DNA of 64,000 nucleotides from the human T2T-CHM13v2.0 reference genome, Homo sapiens, in assembly GCF_009914755.1 (NCBI RefSeq), contig NC_060926.1. One strand, 5' to 3'. A program made the position numbers and the translations under genes. Positions 15,230 to 27,270 of the stretch are shown piece after piece; position 1 is the first letter of the stretch, and each line of letters begins with the position of its first letter. Under the pieces are notes generated by a model, which had not been told where the DNA came from, did no database searches, and worked only from the letters and a program-made list of their open reading frames with translations.

Positions 15230-15269
15230 TATTTGATGTGTTTCAATTTGTTATAATAGTGATTATTGA

Positions 15270-15556
15270 TTATTATTTTTGGAGATATGATCTTTCTCTG
15301 TCACCCAGAGTGCAGTGACACGAACATAACTCACTGCAGCCCCAAACTCCTAGGCTCCAGCAATCCTATCACCTCAACTGGCTGAGTAGCTGAGATTACA
15401 TACATGCCACTGTACCCAGGTAATTTTTAAACTTTTTATAAAGACCAGGTCTAATTTTGTTGCCCAGCCTGGTCTGGAACTCCTGGCATCAAGTGATCTT
15501 TCCACCTTGGCCTCCCAAAGTGCTGGGATTACAGATGTGAGCCACAGTGCCTGGCC
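15270..15556 (-). mobile_element. AluJ
   Basis: Diverged Alu with J-type motifs (CTCACTGCAGCC..AACTCCT, TGTTGCCCAG, TCAAGTGATC). Confidence 0.9.
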
Positions 15557-17457
15557 TACAATATTATTAATGCTCAAATATTTTGGGCAAAGAGAACATC
15601 AAGTAGGTTTCTGAACCGTTTTAGTAATTTTGATAACTTTATTGCCTTCTAGTATGACAACATTTTCCAGACTAATATTGAACATTTTCTTGCTAAAACC
15701 TGAAATCAGCTGTCTTTCTAAAGGTCCCTGGTTTCTTTCAGTGGAAAATAGAATACCGGTATCTCAGTAATAGGATTGTTAGTTACAACTGGGTTGGTCA
15801 CTGTGTGTAGGCTTATTCAGACTGTTGAGTTAGAAGTTTTTTAAAAAGATAAAATCCATCTTGTGTGTGTACTGATAAGTTCCAGTTCAAACACAGGACT
15901 AAACAGTATTTGTTACCTCATCTAATTTACATTTGTATCTCACATACTAATTTTTCTTACAATTCAGATAACTGTCTTAGAATAATATCAACACTATGAC
16001 CAATTATATAATTACTGGAAGCAGATTTATTTTTAGTGGCTCTTTCTGTCCTGAAAGTAAATCTCCCTAGGATTGAGCAACTAAATAATTCCTTTTTATA
16101 TAGTTACACTATCAATTCAAGAGTTAGGTTCATTTATTTCAATTTTTAAGGAATTGAGTTTTTTATTATAATATTCATTTAGTTTTATTATTTACATATT
16201 TCCAAAATCAACTGTACAAAAACAAGATATGTCCAGAAAAATCAAGCTTCTATCCTTGTGTCCTCCAGCTTATTTTCTCCCTCTTTTATAGGTAACCACC
16301 AAAATATTTTGCAGTCTATCCTTCCATTGTTAAGTAAATATGCATATATATTGTATATTTGGATTGCCCTTTACTTAGATAAATGATGGAATAATTTACA
16401 TATGTTCTCTACCTTGCTTTTTTTTAACTATAAAATGTAAACTGGGAATCACTACATAGAAAAGATATATTTCTTATTCCTTTTTATATCTGTGTAGTAT
16501 TTCATTGTGTGAATATTTCATGGTGTATTAAATCAGTCTGCTATTGATGGGCATTTCTACTTTTTTGCTGTTATTAACAATAATGCCATTGATAGCTTTG
16601 TAAAAAGTCTTTTTGTTTTTTGCCGAGGTATCTTTGGGGTAGATTTCTGAAAATAAGGTGCTCGGTGAAAGGCTAAGTGAAGTTGTATTTTTGATTAATA
16701 GTGTCAGGTTCCTCTCTAGGGGGATTTATATACTTTGCATTGCTACTAGCAATAAGTGAGAGTGTCTGCTTGCCCATAGCCTTGCCAACGGTATATGCGA
16801 ATTTCTTTTTGAGTAAACTGTCTTTCCATTTTTTTCCTTTCTTGCTACACTTAGAAGCTTTCTCTACATTTAGGATACTGAACCTGCATTATATAAAAGT
16901 TTTAAATGTATTTTCCCAGTATATTATTTGTCTTTTAACCTGGCTTAGGTTGTTCAATGTTTCTGTGCCATGAGGATATTTCTGTGGAATTTATCAGTCT
17001 CTTAATTACATTACTTAATTTATGTCATAGGGAATTTTTTCCCTCTTCAGTTGATAAGTTATTCACCCATGCTTCCTTGAGTACTTTTATGATATAATTT
17101 TTAAGATTTTAAATCTCTGGGATTTATACTATTGTATAGTTGAGGAATTGATCAAATTTTATACTTTGTCTTATAACTCTAATGATCACAATGGATTGTA
17201 TTTAAATGTTCATCATTTTCCTCATTGATTTTTTTGGGCTACTTCTCATTATACTCTAAGTTTCCATAAGTTATTAAATCCATGTCTAGATTTTCAGCTC
17301 TATTTTGCTGGCTTGTGTGTCCTTTTAAACATCAACACACTTCTATTGAGGCTTTATAATATGTTTTATTATCTAATTGTGCTAGGTCTCCTTCATAGTT
17401 CTTTTTCAGGGCTATTCTGACTAATCTTGCGTTTTTTGTTTTTTTCCATTGCCCTTT

Positions 17458-17775
<318 letters not shown>

Positions 17776-17854
17776 CCATTGCCCTTTGAAACAACTATCT
17801 AGCTGCAGAAAAAAAAATGGTATTTTTATTGGAATTCTATTATATTTATATATC

Positions 17855-18419
17855 TGTAAAAGAAAAATCTGAGTCACAATAAAATTTTAAGGAGTTTTTG
17901 TGACTAAGTAGCAATTCATGAATTGGGAAGCAACAAACTGAAAGAGATCTAGTGCTCTGATAACGAAGTGTCAGAGGCAAGTGTTCATAGGGTGAATAAG
18001 GAAGCAAAATAAACAGATTGGTTCCAGTCATAAAATTGCCTTTTTCTGTTTACCTTGTTGGAAAGCCTTTAATCACATAACCATATGTTGTTTGCTGCTT
18101 ACGACTAGCTGAGGTTAAGTTTTGTTGCTGTCTAATGTAAGCATGACCATTTACAGCATTTATCAGAAATGACCCAAGTTAAGTTTTGCTTAGGTTTGGA
18201 ATTGTGTTACTTTTATAAATCTGTAAAAGAAAAATCTGAGTCACAATAAAATTTAAGGAAGTTTATTTGAATAGGTAGCAATTCATGAATTGGGGAGCAA
18301 CAAACTGAAAGAAGTTTAGTGTTCTTTTTAAGCAAGTTTCGGGCTATTTTTAAGGTCTAATTGGTTTGTTTGCTTCGGAATTTATCAGGTTTGGTTTACA
18401 TTTTAATTTTGCTTTAACA
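17855..18419 (-). mobile_element. MER4-group (ERV1; MER93/MER65-like) solo LTR with internal duplication
   Basis: TGTAAAAGAAAAA..AATTCATGAATTGGG at one end and TTTAACA at the other. 4-bp TSD (T/A)ATC. Confidence 0.7.
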
Positions 18420-18842
18420 AATCAAATTAGAATAAAACTTTCACCTTTGTGATGCTGGATCTTCCTATTCAAGAATGTTATGTATGCTTATTTGTTCCAG
18501 TCTGGTTTTGTATTTTTCAGCAATATTTTATAATTTTCTTTGTAGGTTTTGGACATTTATTGCTAAATGTAGGCCTTGGTCTGGTTTCTCACTTTCCTTC
18601 TACCCTACTTTCTTCCTTGCCTTCTGCTTTTGTAAATGGAGATATCTTTTTCTTTGGTTATTATTTTTTTTTAACTTGTGAGTGTATAAATGAATGCTGT
18701 GTATTTTTGCATGGTGATTTTATAACTTGCTATTTTCTAAATTCTCTTATTTTTGTATTATTTTCTATCAACTTTGGGATTTTGACAGTTGTGTAATTAT
18801 ATCATCTGCAAATAAAGAATTGATAGTTCTTCCTTTTCATTC

Positions 18843-19134
18843 TTTTTTTTTTTTTTTTCTAAGATGGAGTCTCACTCCAGGCTGATGTACAGTGGCGGAA
18901 TCTCAGCTCACTGCAACGTCTGCCTTCTGGGTTCAAGTGATTCTCTTGCCTCAGCCTCCCAAGTAGCTGGGATTACAGGTGAGTGCCACCACACTTGGCT
19001 AATTTTTGTATTTTTAGTAGAGAAGGAGTTTCACCATGTTGGCCAGACTCGTCTGAACTCCTGACCTCAGATGATCCGCCCACCTCGGCCTCCCAAAGTG
19101 CTGGGATTACGGGCATGAGCCATCACGCCTGGCC
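18843..19134 (-). mobile_element. AluSx-like
   Basis: Alu with poly-T tail and TCATTCT on both sides. Confidence 0.95.
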
Positions 19135-19544
19135 TCATTCTTATGCCTCTGCTTGCTTCCTCTTGATTTACACCTCCAACAAAGTATTCAGTAAATCATG
19201 AAGAAGGGAGGAATTTTTTTTACTTGTTTCTGATTTCATTAGGAAGATCTCTAGTGTTTCTCCTTTAAATAAGATGCTCTCATTACTTTCAGAAAATGTT
19301 CATCACTTCTTATTTTATTGAGTATTATCGTAATGAATGGGTGTTAAAATTTGATTTTTCTGAGTCTTTGGAGTTGATTATATAATTTCTTAATAGAATG
19401 CATTGTATTAGACTCCTGGGAATCTTAGAATAAACTTACTTAGTCATGATGTATTTTTATGTGTTGTTGTAATTTTGGGTCATATATGGTTAATAGTTTT
19501 GCAGTGATGGCACAGTGAGACTGGTCTACAATTTTCTTTTTAGG

Positions 19545-20503
19545 TGTAATTCTAAAATATAGGTTTTGTTGTTACTTAGATATGGCAAGGTCAGTAGATT
19601 AGGAGACGACTGCCACTGTGAGTGTGTGCCACTATGAGTATGTTTGTCATACTCATAGATCCCAAGTGGAGGGGCATGGAGGTGCCAAACAGAAAAGTAC
19701 TGGGGTCTATCAGGAGCTAGAGGGAGGAGGGGATAATAATAGCCAGAGCTTTTACTGTGACTTGTAGCACTAGCATTGGCCAATGTCAAAAATAAAAACA
19801 GGTTAGAAAAATTTTTAAAGTTTATTGTCAGATGGTAAGAGAAAGTGCAGATTGCAATCCAGGGGATACCAAACCAAATGATAAGAAATTCTGCTCATAG
19901 CAGTTACAATACAATTTATAAAGCATAAAGGAGGAAGTATTTTGATTTTTTTTCTTTGGATTGGCTGTTATACATTAACATTCTTTTTAAGGTAAACAGA
20001 GCTATTTAAGATGACTTATCTGTATCTGATTGGTTTAATTTCACTGAATCAGTTTGACAAGGAAAAGTTCACATTCTGTGTTTTATGATTAGAGTTAGTG
20101 TCAGGGAAATCAGGACGGCTTATGTTTCAGCTACATGATTATGGGTAGTTAGCCTTGGGGTATATCTGAACTGAGGCCTGCATTTTAATTTTTCTTTAAT
20201 ACTACTATCAATAATTTCAGCAGGCCCTAGGCCATACAGGTTGTCCCTGGTCATTTGGTACCTGAGACTGAGGTGATCAGGCAGGTGGATAATGGCCCTG
20301 AGTGTGAGAACCTAAAAAAGGAAGTAGTTGCGTTATTGGCTCTGAATAGTTGGTTTGTGTTTAAAGGATGCGCTGCGCTATGGGCAAGGTGTTTTTACTA
20401 TCTCTAAGAATTGGCTAACCCTCGGGGGCAGTCCCTCCAAGGTCAGCAAGTCCTAAGATATCAAAGCATCAGAATATAGAAAATAAAAGACATGGTTAAT
20501 ACA
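19545..20503 (-). mobile_element. MER74-type ERVL LTR split by a nested LTR
   Basis: AGGAGACGACTGCCA, TACTATCTCTAAGAATTGGCTA, ends AAAAGACATGGTTAATACA (reverse of the recalled MER74 start). Confidence 0.75.
19784..20201 (-). mobile_element. MER4-group ERV1-like LTR nested in MER74
   Basis: TGTCAAAAATAAAA..GTTTATT..GATTGCAAT start and CATTTTAATTTTTCTTTAATA end. MER74 is colinear on either side. Confidence 0.6.
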
Positions 20504-23094
20504 TATGGCAAGTTGTATTTTTTTTCCTGTAAAATATCATTTAAACTAAGTTTTCAAATTTATTTGCAAAGAGTTGTTCTTAGTTGTGTTTATTCTGATT
20601 GTCATTTCCTGTGGTTTTTGTCTAATTTGTCTATTTTGACTTCCCTCCACCCTTTTTTGCATTAGGTTAGCATTGGTTTGGTTTGTTAATCTTTTTCAAA
20701 GAAATAGCTTTTATATTCATTTTTTTCTAAAAAATTATTTTCAGATTTTATCTTACCCCTTTTTCTTTTTGGGGTGGGTAATTGATTTAAGCTGTTTAGG
20801 TTGGATGTTTATTTTCAGTTTTATTGATAAATGTATTTATGCTATAAATGGTCCTCTGGTAATTGCTTTAGCCCTGTCATAGGTTCAGATGTTGTGTATT
20901 CATTGATTTTATTATAAAGAAATACTGTGATTTGGTTTCATAGTTCTCCTTTGAGTTGTTTAATACCATGCTTTTAATTTTCAGAGATAAGGCTCTTTTT
21001 GTGTTAACATTTTGGTCACAGAGTGCTGTATTAGTTCTAATTTTGGTATTGATCTACCATTTCTTGTGACCTAAGATATAGCAATTTTCATAAATGTTTT
21101 GTTTACCCTTGAAAAAAGATATATTATCTATTGAAGTTTAGTGTTTTATATATAAGACCTTGTTGATTTGTTATTTAGGTTTTCTATAGTCTTACAATTT
21201 TTTGTCCGCTTGATCTTTCTTGGATTAGGAGAGGTGTGTTAAATTCTTCTAAAATCTTTTAAATATGGTTTTATGTATTCTCTTTGAATATTCTGCAGTT
21301 TCCACTTTATGTAATGTTTTGCTGTGTTACTGGGAACAGAAATTTTAATTATTAATATGTTTTCATTGTGAATTATACCTTTAGCATTTTTAATATTCTT
21401 TTTCTCCTTTAATGCTTTTTGTTTTGAATTCTTCCTTTTCAAATATAAACATTGTGATCATTGCCTTTTATTTATTTGCATTTTCCTTGTATTCACTGCC
21501 CACCCTTAAATTTTCCTGAATCTCTCTCCTTTAAAATTATATAAATTTTAGGTATATAAATATGTGTGCTTCTTATATATAGCATAATGCTGTATTTTGC
21601 TCTTTTAGATGATCTGAGATGTTTGGTTTCAGTTCTGTGTTTTTTTGCACACATATGTGTATATAAAATATTTCACTATATGGTATATACATTTTTACTT
21701 TGGTATTTATTGATACATATCTCCTTTTCTATTATTTACTTTTTTATTTTTAATTTTTTTTGGTACATAGTAGGTGTATATATTTATGGTGTGCATGAGA
21801 TGTTTTGATACAGGTATGCAATGTGAAATAAGCACATGATGGAGATCAGGATGTCCATTCCCTCAAGCATTTATTCTTTGAGTTACAAACAATACAATTA
21901 CACTCTTTACGTTATTTTAAAATGTATAATTAAGCTATTATTGATTCTAGTCACCTTATTGTGCTATCGAATTTTAGGCCTTATTCATACTTTCTGTTTT
22001 TTCCTACGCATTGACTATCCCCATATCCCCCTTACCCTCCCACTACTCTTCCCAGCTTCTGGTAACCATCCTTCCACTCTCTATGTCCACGAGTTCAAAG
22101 GTTCTGAGCTTTATATCCCATAAATGAGTGAAAGCATCCAATGTTTGTCTTTCTGTGCCTGGCTTATTTTACTTAACCTAGTGATTTCTAGTTCCATCCA
22201 TGTTGTTGCAAATGACTAGATCTCATTCTTTTTTTGTGGCTGAATAGTACTCCGCTATGTACATGTACCACATTTTTTTTAATCCATTCATCTGTTGATA
22301 GACACTTAGGTTGCTTCCAAATCTTAGTATTGTAAACAGTGCTGCAACAAACATGGGAGTGCAGATATTTCTTTGATATTCTGATTTCCTTTTTGTGGGG
22401 TGTTTACCAAGCAATGGGATTTGGCTGGATGATATGGTAGCTCAATTTTTAGTTTCTTGAGGAACCTCCAAACTGTTCTCCATAGTGGTCTTACTAATTT
22501 ACATTCCCACCAACAGTGTACAGAGTTTCCCTTTTCTCCACATTTTTGCCAGGATTTGTTGTTGCCTGTCTGTTGGATATAAGCAGTTTTAACTGGGGCA
22601 AGATAATGCCTCATTGTAGTTTTGGTTTGCATTTCTCTGATGACCAATGATGTTGAGCACCATTTCATGTGCCTGCTTGCCATTTGTCTTTTTGAGAAAT
22701 GAGTTTTTGGATAACAGGTGGTTTTTGGTTACATGGATAAGTTCTTTAGTAGTGACTTCTGAGATTTTTGTGCACCTATCACCCGAGCAGTGTACACTGT
22801 ACTCAGTGTGTACTCTTTTATCCCTCACCTCCCTCTCATCCTTTCCTCCAAATCCCCAAAGTCTATTATATCACTCTTATGCCTTTGCATCTTCATAGCT
22901 TGGCCCCCACTTGAAAGGGAGGATGTATTTGGTGTTTCATTCCTGAGTTACATCACTTCGAATAATATTCTCCAACTCCATCCAGGTTGCTGTGAATGCC
23001 ATTATTTCATTGCTTTTTGTGGGTGAGTAGTATTCCACGGTGTACACATACCATATTTGCTTCATGCACTGGTTGATTGATGGGCATTTAGGCT

Positions 23095-23098
<4 letters not shown>

Positions 23099-23193
<95 letters not shown>

Positions 23194-23200
23194 ATATATA
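23099..23200. repeat. Compound (TA)n(CA)n microsatellite
   Basis: About 22 TA units followed by about 22 CA units. Confidence 0.97.
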
Positions 23201-23263
23201 TAATTTATTAAATAAATAAAGTTTATTTAATAAATATAAAAATATAAAATTTAGGCTGGTTTA

Positions 23264-23654
<391 letters not shown>

Positions 23655-25002
23655 GAGTTTCATATATTTGCAATTGCAAATTGTGCTGCTATAAACATGG
23701 GTGCTCAAGTGTCTCTTTCACATAATAACTTCTTTTCTTATGGGTAGTTACCTGTAGTAGGATTGCTGAATGAAAAGGTATTTTTACTTTTAGTTCTTTA
23801 AGGAATTTCTTTAAGGAATCTCTTAAGTTCTTTAAGGAATTAAAATTGTTTTCCACAGTGGTTGGACTAGTTTACATTTCTGCCAGTAATGTAAAAGTGC
23901 TCCCTTTTCCCCACATCTACCCCAACATCTATTATTTTTTGATTTTTAAATTATGGCTATTCTTGCCGGAGTAAGGTGGTATCGCATTGTGGTTTTGATT
24001 TGCATTTCCCTGATCATTAATGAATTTGAGCATTTTTTAATATGTTTGTTGGCCATTTGTATAGCTTCTTTTGAGAATTATCTGTTCATGTCCCTTGCCC
24101 ACTTTTGATGGTATTATTTTTTTTTCATGCTGCTTTGTTTGAGTTTCCTGTAGATTCTGGATATTAGTCCTTTGTCAGATGTGTGGTTAGTGAATATTTT
24201 CTCCCACTTTGTGGGTTGTCTGTTACTGTGCTGATTATTTCTATTGCTGTGCAGAAGCTTTTTCATTTAATGAAGTCCCATCTATTTACGTTTGTTTTTG
24301 TTGCATTTGCTTTGAGTTCTTGCTCATGAAGTCTTTGCCTAAGCCAATGTCTTGAAGAGTTTTTCCAATGTTATCCTCTAGAATTTTTATGTTTTCAGGT
24401 CTTAGATTTAAGTATTTGATCCATCTTGAGTTGGTTTTTGCATAAGGTGAGAGATGAGGATCCAGTTTCATTCTTCTACATGTGGCTTGCCAATTATCCC
24501 AGCACCATTTGTTGTATAGGGTGTTGTTTCTCCACTTTATGTTTTTGTTTGCTTTGTTGAAGATCAGTTGTCTGTAAGAATTTGGCTTTATTTCTGGGTT
24601 CTCTATTCTGTTCCATTGGTCTACAAGCCTGTTCTTATACAAGTACTATGCTGTTTTGGTAACTATAGTGTTATAGTATAATTTGAAGTTGGATAATGTG
24701 ATACCTCCGGACTTGTTCCTTTGCTTGGTCTTGTTTTGGCTATGTGGGTTCTTTTTTGGTTCAATATGAATTTTAGGATAGTTTTTTCTAGTTCTGTGAA
24801 GAATGATGATGGTATTTTTGATGGGAATGGCATTGAAGCTGTAGATTGCTTTTGGCAGTTTGGTCATTTTCACAATATTGATTCTGCTCATCCATGAGTA
24901 TGGAATGTGTTTCCATTTGTTTATGTCATCGATGATTTCTTTCAGCAGTGTTTTATAGTTTTCCTTGTAGAAATCTTTCACCTCTTTGGTTAGGTATAGT
25001 CC

Positions 25003-27216
25003 TGATATGGTTGGCTGTGTCTCCACCTAAATCTCACCTTAAATTGTAGTAATTTCCACATGTCAAGGGCAGGGCCAGGTGGAGATAATTAAATTATGGG
25101 GGCTGTTTCCCCCATATTCTTCTTGTGATAGTGAATAAGTCTCATGAGATCTGATGGCTTTATAAATGGGAGTTCCCCTGCACAAGCTGTCTTGTCTACC
25201 ACCTTGTAAGACGTGACTTTGCTCCTCATTTGCCTTCAGCCATGATTGTGAGGCCTCCCCAGCCATGCTGAGCTGTGAGTCTATTAAATCTCTTTTCTTT
25301 ATAAATTACCCAGTCTCAGGTATGTCTTCATTAGCAGCATGAGAACACACTAGTACAGTAAATTGGTAACAGGTAGTGGGGTGCTGCTGTAAAGATACCC
25401 AGAAATGGGGAAGTAACTTTGGAACTAGGTAGAAGTTGGAACAATGTGGAGGGCTCAGAAGAAGACAGGAAAATGTGAGAATGTTTGGAACTTCCTAGAG
25501 ACTTGAATGGCTTTGACCAAAATGATGATAGTGACATGGACAATTAAGTCCAGGCTGAGGTGGTCTCAGACGGAGATGAGGAACTTGTGGGAAGTGGAGT
25601 AAAGGTCACTCTTTCTATGCAAAGAGACTGGCACATTTTTTCCCTGCCCTAGAGTTCTGTGGAACTTTGAACTTGAGAGAGATGATTTAGGGTATCTGGA
25701 GGAAGAACGTTCTAAGTGGCTAAGCACTTAAGATTAAGCAGAGCGTAAAAGTTTGGAAAATTTGCAGCCTGACAATGAGCGAGAAAAGAAATACCCATTT
25801 TCTGAGGAGAAATTCAAGCCTGCTGCAGAAATTTGCATAAGTAACAAGGAGCTGGATGTTAATCCCCAAGACAATGGGGAAAATGTCTCCAGGGCATGTC
25901 AGAGACCTTTATGGCAGTTCCTTCCATCACACGCCTGGAGGCCTAGGAGGAAAAAGGTTTTGTGGGCCAGCCCCCAGGGCTGCTGTGTGCAGCCCTAGGA
26001 CTTGGTGTCCTGCATCCCAGCTGCTCCACCTGTGGCAAAAAAAGCACCAAAGTGTAGCTCAGGCTATGGCTTCAGAAGGTACAAACTCCAAGTCTTGGCA
26101 GCTTCCACATGGTGTTGAGCCTGTGGATACACAGAAGTCAAGAATTTAGGTTTGGGAACCTCTGCCTGGATTTCAGAGAATGTATTAAGATGCCTGGATA
26201 TCCAGGCATAGATTTGCTGCAGGGGTGGAGCCCTCATGGAGAACCTCTGCTGGGGCAGTACAGAAGAGAAATGTGGGGTTGGAGCCCCCACATTGAGTGC
26301 CTACTGGGGTATTGCCTAATGGAGCTGTGAGAAGAGGGCCACTATTCTCCAGACCCCAGAATGGTAGATTCACTGACAGCTTGCACTATGTACCTAGGAA
26401 AGCCACAGATACTCAATGCCAGCCTGTGAAAGCAGACAGGAGGGAGGCTGTGCCCTGCAAAGCCACAGGGGCAGAGCTGCCAAAGCCATGGGAGCCGCCT
26501 CTTGCATCAGCATGCCCTAAATGTGAGACATGGAGTCAAAGGAGATCATTTAGAAACTTTAATATTTAATGACTCCCCTATTGGATTTTGGACTTTCATG
26601 GGGTCTGTAGCCCCTTCGTTTTGTCCAATTTCTCCTATTTGGAAGAGGTGTATTTATCCAAAGCCTGTACTCTATTGTATCTGGGAAGTAACTAACTTGC
26701 TGTTGATTTTACAGGCTCATAAGGTAAAAGGTACTTACCTTGTTGTCTCAGATGAGACTTTCTACTGTGGACTTTTGAGTTAATGCTGAAATGAGTTAAG
26801 ACCTTGAGGAACTGTTGGGAAGGCATGATTGGTTTTGAAATGTGAAGACATGAGATTTGGGAGGGGCCAGGGATGAAATGATATGGTTTGGCTATGTCCC
26901 CACCCAAATCTCACGTTGAATTGTAATAATTCCCATGTGCCAAGGGTGGGGCCAGGTGTACATAATTGAATCGGGGGGCTGTTTTTCCCATACTGTTCTC
27001 ATGGTGGTGAATAAGTCTCATGAAATCTGACGGTTTCCCTGCACACAGTCTCTTGCCTGCTGCCATGTAAGATGTGAATTTCCTTCTCATTTGCCTCAGC
27101 CATGATTGTGAGGCCTCCCCAGCCTGCTGAATTGTGAGTCAATTAAACCTCTTTCCTTTATAAATTACCCAGTCTTGTATATGTCTTTACTAGCAGTATG
27201 AGAACAGACTAATACT
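25003..27216 (+). mobile_element. Full-length THE1 (THE1B/C) MaLR provirus: 5'LTR 25003-25357, internal 25358-26878, 3'LTR 26879-27216
   Basis: Two similar LTRs starting TGATATGG. Internal region starts GTAAATTGGTA with THE1-int ORF-like peptides. Purine-rich tract precedes the 3'LTR. TSD AGTCC/ATTCC in L1 ORF2. Confidence 0.93.
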
Positions 27217-27225
27217 ATTCCTAAG

Positions 27226-27270
27226 TATTTTATTTTATTTTATTTATTTTATTTTATTTTATTTTATTTT
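27226..27270. repeat. (TTTTA)n simple repeat
   Basis: Seen directly. Confidence 0.9.

Noticed and set aside
25753-26783. Cluster of overlapping ORFs
   Set aside because: These are broken THE1-int sequence with no continuous frame.
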